In this document: positions 28,599-37,073 of the stretch, one piece after another
How the letters are laid out: the number at the start of each line of letters is the position of its first letter
How positions within the stretch are numbered: position 1 is the first letter of the stretch
Assembly: GCA_018970785.1 (NCBI GenBank)
Contig: JAGWVR010000005.1
Location: 6,067 to 70,066, forward strand
DNA length: 64,000 nucleotides
Origin: Planctomycetota bacterium
GTDB taxonomy: Bacteria > Planctomycetota > Planctomycetia > Pirellulales > UBA1268
Reading direction: 5' to 3'
Position numbers and translations under genes: made by a program
Notes under the pieces: model-generated
What the model was told of the DNA's origin: nothing
Databases searched by the model: none
What the model saw: the letters and a program-made list of their open reading frames with translations, nothing else

Positions 28599-29752
28599 CC
28601 ATAGCGGGCGATGAAGTCGCCCCACCGGTGCGCGACCGCGGCGACGATCCGGGGATCGTGGCGGTAGGTGTTCGTCCGGTAGGAACGCATGTTCTCCGCC
28701 TCCGCCTCCAGCGCCGGCCGCACGGCGGCGAAATCGCCCAGCCCGAGGCATTCGTAGACTTCGGCGAGGCGGCCCACCGGGTCGGCCACGAGGTCTTCGT
28801 AGCGCAGTTCGTGGAGGCTCCCCGGCGGCAGGGCGCCGCGGTCGCGCTCGAAGGCCCGGTACATCGTCTCGAAGGCGTTGAACACGTAGTCCTCCAGCGC
28901 GGTCCCCGGATCGACCTGCAGCCCCTGGGTGTGGTGCAGCGATCGCCACAGGCGGACCGTCGACGGGAAGACGACGAACGGGTCGCGGACCACGTGGATG
29001 AACCGGGCTCCGGGGAACATCCGCGCGAGGAGCGCCGTCCGCGCGGTGTGGGGCGGGCTCTTGAGGACGGCGCGGCGGGGGTCACGGACAGCGAGCGCCG
29101 CGAGGAACGCGCGCATCGCCTCCTCCCAGCGGACGCGCTGGTGCGGTGTGAGCGCGTCGACGTCGAGCGCGACCGGAGTCGGCGGGCTGGTCACCGGGAA
29201 CGCCATCCGCCGGTACGGCGATGGCGCCCCGAGGTTGGCGAGGGCGAATTCGTCCTCCTGCGGGCGGTCGGGACCGGCGGCGACGTCGTCCATCGGCCGT
29301 TTCGATGGCGACAGCCAGGCCACCACCGGGGCCATCCAGCGCTCGGTGAGGAGGAAGTGGGCCGGGGCGAAGCACTGGTAGGTGTTGGGGCAGCAGAAGC
29401 GGCGGTCGAGCATCAGCAGCTCGTGGAGCAGCGTCGTGCCGCTGCGCCAATGTCCGATGATGAACACCGGAGGCGGTGTCGGCGGGGGGCGCCGCAGCCG
29501 TGCCCCGTGGACGAGCGTCGTCAGCGCGGCGGCGGCGGAGTTGAACGCCGTCGCGGTGCTGATGCTGAGGAACAGCGGGATCCGGCTCGGTGAGACGCGG
29601 CAATGGTGCTCGGCGACCAGCCCAGCCCACACCGACACCGGCATCCCGTGCCAGAACCGCGGCGTCCACACCGGATAGGGGTGGAACGGCCGTTCCGCGG
29701 GCGGAGCCGGACGGAGCCGGTCCGGGCCGTCGGTCCCCTGCACGCCGGTCAT
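28577..29752 (-). CDS. Sulfotransferase family protein
   Basis: PAPS 5'-phosphosulfate-binding loop 'IIGHWRSGTTLLHELL', then 'RAVLKSPPHT' and 'FIHVVRDP'. Internal ATG-29752 chosen because the 672-aa ORF is a composite reading through the upstream gene. Confidence 0.8.
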   Translation of the reverse strand: MTGVQGTDGPDRLRPAPPAERPFHPYPVWTPRFWHGMPVSVWAGLVAEHHCRVSPSRIPLFLSISTATAFNSAAAALTTLVHGARLRRPPPTPPPVFIIGHWRSGTTLLHELLMLDRRFCCPNTYQCFAPAHFLLTERWMAPVVAWLSPSKRPMDDVAAGPDRPQEDEFALANLGAPSPYRRMAFPVTSPPTPVALDVDALTPHQRVRWEEAMRAFLAALAVRDPRRAVLKSPPHTARTALLARMFPGARFIHVVRDPFVVFPSTVRLWRSLHHTQGLQVDPGTALEDYVFNAFETMYRAFERDRGALPPGSLHELRYEDLVADPVGRLAEVYECLGLGDFAAVRPALEAEAENMRSYRTNTYRHDPRIVAAVAHRWGDFIARYGYRPPEA

Positions 29753-29829
29753 GGAAGCTCCTCGCCCTGTGCGCGGCGTCTGACCGCGGCCCTCGATCGT
29801 ATCAGTAGCCTCGCCGTCACGGGGGGCGC

Positions 29830-30471
29830 TCAGCGCGGACGGTCGTTCGCCTCGCTGGCGATCCGCTCTCCCCGGTGCGCCGGTGGCAGCTCGAGCAGCC
29901 CCGCCAGCTCCACGGCCGACGGCTTGCCGACGAGGCGGCGCGTTTCGACGCCCAGTTCGTCGACGGTGATGACCGTCGGAAACGCGGTGACCCCGAAGCG
30001 ACGGCAGACCTCCGGCTCGCGGTCGGCATCGATCACCGCCCACACCGCCCCCGGGGCACGGGCCACGATCCGTGGGTCGGTCAGCGTCCGGGAGACCAGC
30101 AGCGCCGAGTGGCGGCACCAGGTCGCCTTGAACACGAGCACCAGCCGGAGCCCGTCGTCGCGGGCCCGGCGCGCCGCCGCGTCGTAACCCTCGACGAGCG
30201 CCACCGCCGTCCGCGCCGTACCCGTGGTGCCGGCCCGGGGGATGGTCGGGCCCGGAGGCCTGTCGAGGAGACGACCGACGCCCGTCAGGGGCGTCGGGGT
30301 TGGCGGGGGACGGCCGACTTCGTCGCGCAGGTCGCAGCCGCCGAGAAACGTCGCCAGCGCGGTCGCGAGCAAGGGGCCGGCGCCCGGCGTGGCGCGCCGT
30401 GCCCGTCCCCGGACCGTGGCGCGGCGGTCGGGCGGGGGTGCGTCGGGCGATGTCGAGGACCAGCCGGGCAT
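29830..30471 (-). CDS. Thioredoxin-fold lipoprotein with monothiol WCxxS motif
   Basis: Lipobox (LATALATFLGGC). 'VLVFKATWCRHSALL' and 'VCRRFGVTAFPTVITVD' show thioredoxin-fold topology with the second Cys replaced by Ser. Start is uncertain (TTG-30573 alternative). Confidence 0.65.
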   Translation of the reverse strand: MPGWSSTSPDAPPPDRRATVRGRARRATPGAGPLLATALATFLGGCDLRDEVGRPPPTPTPLTGVGRLLDRPPGPTIPRAGTTGTARTAVALVEGYDAAARRARDDGLRLVLVFKATWCRHSALLVSRTLTDPRIVARAPGAVWAVIDADREPEVCRRFGVTAFPTVITVDELGVETRRLVGKPSAVELAGLLELPPAHRGERIASEANDRPR

Positions 30472-30736
30472 GGCGGCCGTGAGGAGAACGTGGCCACGGT
30501 GATCGGCCGCTGGCTGCGGCCGACGGCGCCCCGGGAAACCCTCTGCGGTTCCCGCGGTCGCCCACGCGGACAAACGCCATCGACGGCATGTCCACGGAAA
30601 CCTAGGTACGCGGCTCGTCCCCCAGGGGCAAGGGCGTCATCGACGACTGGTCCGACCGGCCGTGGTGACCTGCGCAGGCTGGGCCGGTGCCGGAGCGATT
30701 GCCCCTGCAACGGCCGGCCGCTACCCTCCCGCCCCC

Positions 30737-31567
30737 GTGAAGCCCTTCCTGCCGTTCGTCGTGCCTCTGGTGACCTCCGCCCTCATCGGGCCGATGGTCG
30801 GGTGCCGCTTCATGCCCCGTGTCGGCCCGGCGCCGGCGGCCGTGGCGAACTCGCGGCGCTTGGCCAACGAAGGCCTCGCCGCCGCCGATCGGCAGCAGTA
30901 CGACGAGGCCGAGGCTCTGCTCGACCGCGCGGTCAAGAGCTGCCCGGCCGACGTCGAGGCCCGCCGGCACTACGCCGAGGTCCTGTGGGAACGTGGCGAA
31001 CGCCTCGCGGCGGTCCAGCAGATCACCACGGCGCTGGGGCAGAGCCCGGGTGACGCCGATCTGTGCGTCGTCGGGGCGCGGATGTACACCGAGATGGGGC
31101 TGCTGGAGGATGCCGACCGGCTCGCGCGCGAGGCGGCCCGCACCGCCCCGCAGATGGCGGTGGCGTGGCGCGTGCGCGGCCAGGTGGCACTGGCGCGCGG
31201 CAACGATCGCGAGGCGCTGGCCGCGTTCCACCGGGGGTTGGCGCTCGCGCCCGACGACCGGTCGTTGCTCCTCGACACCGCCGAGGTCTACCGCCGGCTC
31301 GGCCAGCCGCGCCGCGTCCTCTCGACCCTCGCGATCCTCGGCGAGACCTACGGTGCCGATCGCGTGCCCCCCGAAGTCCTCGTCCTGGAGGGGGCGGCCC
31401 AGGAGTCATTGGGGCGCACCGCCGACGCGGTCGCGAGTTACCGCCGCGCCCTCGACGCGGCGGGGACGGAGGGATCACCGCAGGCGGCGGCCCGGCTCGC
31501 CGCCCTCCTCACGCCCCCCTCGTCGGCGGTCGCGGCGTCACCCGACCCGGCCACGACCCGGCGTTGA
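30737..31567 (+). CDS. TPR-repeat lipoprotein
   Basis: GTG-30737 gives a signal peptide plus lipobox (..ALIGPMVGC). The body consists of repeated Ala/Leu/Arg TPR-like helices (e.g. 'AEALLDRAVKSCPADVEARRHYAEVL'). Start is uncertain (GTG-30662, ATG-30794). Confidence 0.65.
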   Translation: MKPFLPFVVPLVTSALIGPMVGCRFMPRVGPAPAAVANSRRLANEGLAAADRQQYDEAEALLDRAVKSCPADVEARRHYAEVLWERGERLAAVQQITTALGQSPGDADLCVVGARMYTEMGLLEDADRLAREAARTAPQMAVAWRVRGQVALARGNDREALAAFHRGLALAPDDRSLLLDTAEVYRRLGQPRRVLSTLAILGETYGADRVPPEVLVLEGAAQESLGRTADAVASYRRALDAAGTEGSPQAAARLAALLTPPSSAVAASPDPATTRR

Positions 31568-31582
31568 CACCCACCCCGCGCG

Positions 31583-33256
31583 TCAGTCGCCGGCCGACTT
31601 CCGCCCGGTGAGGAGATCGAAGGCCCCGATCGCCGGCACGAGCAATGCCGTCGTCGCGAACCCGTAGGCGACGAGGACCACCAGCAGCACTTGGAGGCTG
31701 TTGCCCTGGAGAAATCCGGTGATCGCCACGAAGGTCAGTGCCGGGAGCAGCGCCGACGCCCAGGCGATCGCCGCCGACGGATTGCGCGCCGACAGCGCCG
31801 CGTACAGGCCGACCGCACCGCCGACGATCACGGCGAGGAACGGCGCGAGCTGGAGTTCGAAGCTCGTGTCGAAGGCGACCATGATCCGCATCGCCGTCGC
31901 CACGCCGATGAACAGGAAGGCGACCGTCCCCAGCGCGACCGCGATCGCCTGCCGCGACGACGTGTAGGACAGCCCGACGTGGAAGCCGAGGACGGCGACG
32001 AAAAACACCAGCGCGGCCATCCCGGCGGCGAGGTACAGGGCGTGTTCGGCGGTGGTGATCCCCGTGACCGCCATCACGGCGCAGGTCGCCAGCGGCAGGA
32101 GCACCATCTCCCGGGCGACGACGAGCACCCCGATCAGCTTCCCCCAGACGAATTCCTTCGGCTCCAGGTCGCTGACCAGCAGCAAGTCGAGCGCCCCGCG
32201 ATCGCGTTCGGTGGTGATGCTGGTGACCGCCAGAGCCGCCACGGCGACGAGGCTGGCCAGCGCCATCGGGATGACGGCGATCGCGACCGCGAGGCGGTCG
32301 GGGCGCGGCGAGCCGGCCTCGCGCAGGATGCCCGCCACGGCGACCGCGAACAGTGCCAGCCAGGCCAAGCGCACGAGGATCAGCATCCGCCCGTAGGCGC
32401 GGGTGCAGGTCTCACGCCACAGGATCGGGTTCCGCCACACCCGCCGCGCGGGGCGGAAGGCTGCCGCCTCGCGTTCGGCGGTCGCCGGGAGCCGTTGCTC
32501 GCGGGCGACGTTCCAACGGCGCAGGCAGGCCACTGCCACGGCATTGGCCCCGATCACGATCGCGGCACAGATCCCGAGGAACGGCGCCAGGGTCCGGCCG
32601 CCGTCGGGCGCCAAGGCGGCGAACACCGCCCGGGCCGGTGACACCGCCGCACCGGCGTCGGGCCCGCGTGTCGCGGCGAGGGTCTCTCCCAAGGCGGTCC
32701 AGGTCGCGAGCAGGAACAGCGTGATCGACAGCGTCTGGAAGGTGGTGTCCTTCCAGAAGGCGACGGTCGTGGCGATGCTCGCGGCAGTCAGCGCCGCTGC
32801 CAGCGTGACCACGAACAGCCGGACGAGTTGCGGCATCGTGACCCCGCCGAACAGCGAGGTGATCGCGAACATCGGCACCGCGGCCAGCAGCAGCAGCACG
32901 ACCCGCACCAGGCTCCCGGCGAGCTTGCCGAGGACCAACTCGCGGTCGGTGAGTCGGCTGACGAGGAGCAATTCGAGCGTCCGCCGGTCCTTTTCGGTGC
33001 TCACCGCGACCGCGGCGGCCAGCGCGGCGGCGAGGATCGCCAGGGCGAGCTGGAGCGGCCCGAGGATCCGCAGCAGGGTCGCGCCGAATCGGGCCGTGTC
33101 GCCGGCGGTCGACACCGACTGGGTCCCGGTGACGACCAGCCAGCAGGTGGCGATGATCGCCAAGAGCGCGCCGCAGTACACCGCCCGGGCGACGAACAGG
33201 CCGCGGGCCCGGGGCGCGACGGTCACCTCGCGTTCGAACACCGCGCCGAGCAGCAT
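31583..33256 (-). CDS. ABC-2 type transporter permease, internally duplicated
   Basis: Two homologous six-TM halves, each carrying the ABC-2 motif: 'EKDRRTLELLLVSRLTDRELVLGKL' and 'ERDRGALDLLLVSDLEPKEFVWGKL'. Confidence 0.75.
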   Translation of the reverse strand: MLLGAVFEREVTVAPRARGLFVARAVYCGALLAIIATCWLVVTGTQSVSTAGDTARFGATLLRILGPLQLALAILAAALAAAVAVSTEKDRRTLELLLVSRLTDRELVLGKLAGSLVRVVLLLLAAVPMFAITSLFGGVTMPQLVRLFVVTLAAALTAASIATTVAFWKDTTFQTLSITLFLLATWTALGETLAATRGPDAGAAVSPARAVFAALAPDGGRTLAPFLGICAAIVIGANAVAVACLRRWNVAREQRLPATAEREAAAFRPARRVWRNPILWRETCTRAYGRMLILVRLAWLALFAVAVAGILREAGSPRPDRLAVAIAVIPMALASLVAVAALAVTSITTERDRGALDLLLVSDLEPKEFVWGKLIGVLVVAREMVLLPLATCAVMAVTGITTAEHALYLAAGMAALVFFVAVLGFHVGLSYTSSRQAIAVALGTVAFLFIGVATAMRIMVAFDTSFELQLAPFLAVIVGGAVGLYAALSARNPSAAIAWASALLPALTFVAITGFLQGNSLQVLLVVLVAYGFATTALLVPAIGAFDLLTGRKSAGD

Positions 33257-33483
33257 GCCGTGCTCCCGTTTGCCAACCCCGGGACGCTCCCCCGGATCTC
33301 TCGGCGGCCACGCCCTTGGCCAGGTTCCCACGCGTGCCGGTCCGGGCGAGGGTATCACAAAACGCCCCCCTGGTGACGCCTCCGGCCCGTGGCTCGTGGA
33401 CGGCGGGCGGAGGCTTGAGCCGGTGCCGGCAGCGTGTATCGTGACGGGTCCAACCTCCGTTCCGCCCGTAGGAGATCCTGCGA

Positions 33484-34893
33484 ATGCTCCGCCGCCGATT
33501 CCCGCTCCCGTCCGCCGCGGCTGTCCGCGGGATCCACTTCCAGCCCCGGTGCGCCCCGGCCCTCGCGGTCGTCGCGGCCCTGGTGTGCGGAGGCGTCGCC
33601 GCGGCCCAGCAGCAGCCGACCGCGCAGATGCTCATCGGCAAGGCGGTCTCCGACGACGACAACTCCGAGGAGGTCAACAACGCCATCGGTCGGTTCATGG
33701 CCAGCGACATCGATGGCTGCAAGGCGATCCTCGAGCGCGTCAGATCGAACAACCCCAAGCTGCCGCCGTCGGGGGTGATGATGGCGATGCTGTGGATGAA
33801 CGTGAATCGGCTCGCCGAAGCGCGTGGCGAGCTCGAGGACACGACGAACAAGTTTCCCGCCGACCCCGAGCCCTACCTGATGCTCGGTGACCTGGCCTTC
33901 CAGGACCGGCGGATCACCGAGTCGAGCCTGCTGTTCAACAAGGCCACCGAGCTGACCAAGGCGTTCATGGACAATCCGAAGCGGAAGCGCGACTTCGAGA
34001 TCCGCAGCAATGCCGGGCTCGCCGCGGTGGCGGAAGCGCGACGCCAGTGGGAGACGGCCCGCAAGCACATCGATGCCTGGATGGCCCTCGATCCAGACAA
34101 TGCCAGCGCCCGGCAGCGGCTCGGGATCGTCCTCTTCCAGCTCGGCGAGACCGACAAGGCCCTGGAACAGTTCCGGGAGTCGAAGAAGCTCGACCCGAAG
34201 TCGCTGCAGCCCGAGCTGTGGATGGCCCGCTTGTACAGCGATGCCAAGAAGCGCGACGTCGCCCGCAAGCAGATCGAGGCGGCGGTCAAGGCCGCCCCCA
34301 AGGACATCACCGTCCTCCTCGGGGCGGCGGAATGGTTCCTCGGCCAGAACGACCTCGAAGCGGCGAAGACCAACGCCGATGCGGCGCTGGCGCTCGACGA
34401 GAAGAACCTCGGTGCCAAGCTGGTGCGTGGCACCGTGGCCCGGATCGCGCGTGATTACCGCGGCGCCGAGAAGTATTTCAACGACGCCCACACCCAATCA
34501 CCGGGGAATTTCGCCGCCGCGAATTCGCTGGCCCTGGTGCTCGTCGAGTCGGAGGACCGCGACGCCCGGCAGCGTGCCGTCGAGCTCGCCGAGGGCAACG
34601 TGAAGATGACCCGCGACAACGCCGCGATCGGTCCAGCGGCGCTGACGACCCTGGCCTGGGTCTACTACCGTGTCGGCCGGCGCGAGGAGGCGGAGCGGAT
34701 CTTCGCCCAGGTGATGCAGAGCAACCAGCTGCCGACCGACGGCGGCTACTACCTGGCCCGCGTCCTGGCCGACAAGGGAGACAAGGACAAGGCCCGGCAG
34801 ATCCTCGAGCAGATGCTCGGCAGCGAGCCGTTTTTCGCGACCCGTGCCGAGGCTGTCGACCTCCTCGACAAGATCAAGGCGGCGCCGAAGTGA
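33484..34893 (+). CDS. Secreted TPR-repeat protein
   Basis: Signal peptide (ALAVVAALVCGGVAAAQ), then about nine TPR-like repeats (e.g. 'NASARQRLGIVLFQLGETDKALEQFRESKKLDP'). Confidence 0.8.
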   Translation: MLRRRFPLPSAAAVRGIHFQPRCAPALAVVAALVCGGVAAAQQQPTAQMLIGKAVSDDDNSEEVNNAIGRFMASDIDGCKAILERVRSNNPKLPPSGVMMAMLWMNVNRLAEARGELEDTTNKFPADPEPYLMLGDLAFQDRRITESSLLFNKATELTKAFMDNPKRKRDFEIRSNAGLAAVAEARRQWETARKHIDAWMALDPDNASARQRLGIVLFQLGETDKALEQFRESKKLDPKSLQPELWMARLYSDAKKRDVARKQIEAAVKAAPKDITVLLGAAEWFLGQNDLEAAKTNADAALALDEKNLGAKLVRGTVARIARDYRGAEKYFNDAHTQSPGNFAAANSLALVLVESEDRDARQRAVELAEGNVKMTRDNAAIGPAALTTLAWVYYRVGRREEAERIFAQVMQSNQLPTDGGYYLARVLADKGDKDKARQILEQMLGSEPFFATRAEAVDLLDKIKAAPK

Positions 34894-34911
34894 CCTGCCA
34901 GGCGGGCGCGG

Positions 34912-35280
34912 TCAGCGGCTCTTCGGCGTGAGCAGCGGTTCTGGATCGGCGACCGGGCTGGGCACGCTTCCCCGCGGTAACGGGGGAGCGGGTGACGGCC
35001 GGGATGCCGCGCCGGTGGCACCGCCGCGTGCCGGTGGCGTCGGTGGACGTGTGGGCTGGGACCGCGACAGTGGCGTACGCAGGGCCCTCCGCGCCCTGAT
35101 CCGGTCGCTGCGGAGGGGGATTCCCGGGTAGGCCTCGATCGGAACTTCGAGGCTCGGCAGACCGATCCGGCTCCCGTCGCCGAAGTTGGTGAACATCTCG
35201 ATCGCCGCGGCCCTGTGGCCGATGGCGACGACGACGACTGCGACCGCCAGAGCGGCGGTTTCGCGGGGCTTCACGGGCAT
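34912..35280 (-). CDS. Possible small membrane-anchored protein (weak call)
   Basis: ATG-35280 gives 'MPVKPRETAALAVAVVVVAIGHRAAAIEMF...', a signal-anchor-like start. The C-terminus is Pro/Arg-rich and low complexity. It fills an otherwise empty 550-nt gap. No recognisable family. Confidence 0.25.
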   Translation of the reverse strand: MPVKPRETAALAVAVVVVAIGHRAAAIEMFTNFGDGSRIGLPSLEVPIEAYPGIPLRSDRIRARRALRTPLSRSQPTRPPTPPARGGATGAASRPSPAPPLPRGSVPSPVADPEPLLTPKSR

Positions 35281-35443
35281 CACTCGGGTTCCACGACGGT
35301 CCGGAACGGGGGCCTCCGCCGAAACCCCTCCCGAAGATGTTCGGATCCTCGCTGCCTCCCCCTGCCGCGGAGCGTCGCCGTCCCGCACCACCGGCACGAT
35401 CGCTACCAGAGGGCATGCCGGCGAGGGCGGGTAGTCTTGCGGC

Positions 35444-36295
35444 ATGGAACCGACGGCGTTGCTCGGAGTGGCGGCAGGCCTGCTGGTCGTGGGTGCGGCG
35501 CTCGTCGGGGCGTGGCGGGCCCGGGGCTCGACCGCCGTGCCGGCGTGTTGGTGGGCGGCGGCCGCGGGAGTGGCGCTGGCGATCGAGCGTTTCAACGCGC
35601 CCGGGGCCGATCCCGGCGCAGCGGCCTGCCGGCGGCTCGCCCTGGTCGCCCTCGGCGTCTGCCCGGCGCTCTCCCTGCTCGGTGCAAAGCGGCCGCAGCA
35701 CGGGGTCTGGCAGGCGATCGTCGCGACCGCCGCGGTCGTCATCGCGTTGCCGGCGGCGACCGCCGCGCTCGTCCGCCCGGGGACCGTGCCCGACGTCCCG
35801 GTCGTGCTCAGGGGGCTCGTGGCCGTGATGATCCTCGTCGGTTGGCTCAACCATGCCGCGACGCGTCGCGGCATGGCCGCGACGGCGATCGCGGGCGGTC
35901 AACTCCTCGTGGCGCTGCCCTGTCTGGTCGGTTTCGATGACCGCGGCGTGAGCGGGCAGCGCGACACGGCCGCGGCCCTCGTGATCGGGGTGGCGGCGAT
36001 GGCTGCGGCGGTCTGGCCTGCCCGCCGCGGCCTGCAACCGGTCGATGCCGCCTGGTCGGCATTTCGCGAGACGTTCGGCGCCGCGTGGGCACTGCGGGTG
36101 GCGGAGCGCGTCGATGCGGTCGGCCGCGAGCGGGGGTGGTCGCGGCGCCTCGGCTGGCGGGGCTGGGAGATGGCCGACGGCGGGGAAACGCCCGACGATG
36201 GCGACTCACGGCGCCTGTTCATGGCGCTTGTGCGCCGATTCGTCAGCGCCGGCTGGCTTTCACGCCATGGGCTCCCGCCCCGCGGCCGGTGGTGA
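35444..36295 (+). CDS. Hypothetical polytopic membrane protein
   Basis: Six or seven hydrophobic helices followed by a Trp/Arg-rich cytoplasmic tail. GC3-rich codons. No recognisable family. Confidence 0.55.
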   Translation: MEPTALLGVAAGLLVVGAALVGAWRARGSTAVPACWWAAAAGVALAIERFNAPGADPGAAACRRLALVALGVCPALSLLGAKRPQHGVWQAIVATAAVVIALPAATAALVRPGTVPDVPVVLRGLVAVMILVGWLNHAATRRGMAATAIAGGQLLVALPCLVGFDDRGVSGQRDTAAALVIGVAAMAAAVWPARRGLQPVDAAWSAFRETFGAAWALRVAERVDAVGRERGWSRRLGWRGWEMADGGETPDDGDSRRLFMALVRRFVSAGWLSRHGLPPRGRW

Positions 36296-36466
36296 TGCCT
36301 GTCGGCGGAGACGCTGCCGACGGCCATTCTCCGCCGGATCGTTCGCCCGCCGGGGCGGGGGGCGGTAAACTCCGCCGGCGGTTGCGTGGGTGGGCGGCGA
36401 CCGGGAAGCGTCCCGTGTCGGCCGGTCACCGGTCGTGACCTCCTTTTCCAACGTTGTGGAGCGAGC

Positions 36467-36805
36467 ATGTCCGAAGAACCGCGCGTCGTCCCCCAGGCCC
36501 GTCCCGTCGGTGAGCCGATGCAGGTGCCCGTCGACGAGTCGCACATCGTCGCCACCTACGCCAACTTCTGCCGCGTCACCGGGACGCCGGAGGAACTGAT
36601 CGTCGACTTCGGCCTGAACAAGCAGGTTGCCGGCACGTCGCCCGAGACGATCCAACTGACGCAGAGGATCATCGTCAACTTCTTCACCGCCAAGCGTCTG
36701 GCCTACGCGCTCGGCATGGCTGTCCAGCGCTACGAGCAGGCGTTCGGCATGCTCGAGACCGACGTCCAGAAGCGGGTCGTCCACCAACAGGTGACGAAGG
36801 CCTGA
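36467..36805 (+). CDS. DUF3467 family protein
   Basis: 'IVATYANFCRVTGTPEELIVDFGLN' and 'RIIVNFFTAKRLAYAL' match the DUF3467 pattern (YAN...TPEEF.LDFG). Confidence 0.7.
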   Translation: MSEEPRVVPQARPVGEPMQVPVDESHIVATYANFCRVTGTPEELIVDFGLNKQVAGTSPETIQLTQRIIVNFFTAKRLAYALGMAVQRYEQAFGMLETDVQKRVVHQQVTKA

Positions 36806-37073
36806 CGCGGGAGCCGGTCAGCGTGGGCCCCTCGATGGTCGGGGTCCCGTGATCGGCGTCACGGCTTCCGGCAGGCCGTCGGCGGCGCGGGCCTCGCGGT
36901 ACCGCGCCGCCCGACGGCGTGCGCCCGGGCCGCACATTTCGCGGTGACCGCCGTACCATTGGGATATCCTGGGAACCGTCCGTCGTCCTCCGGCGCCGCC
37001 CGTAGCCGGGGGTGGCTTCCACCCCGGGCGGGTGGCATCCGGCCGGCGGTCCTTGCGGAGGGTGGTGGATCGC

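Noticed and set aside
28577-30595. 672-aa minus-strand ORF.
   Set aside because: It is a composite. Only the C-terminal 391 aa (from ATG-29752) are sulfotransferase-like. The upstream part is an out-of-frame shadow of the thioredoxin-fold gene (29830-30471) and is Arg/Pro-rich.
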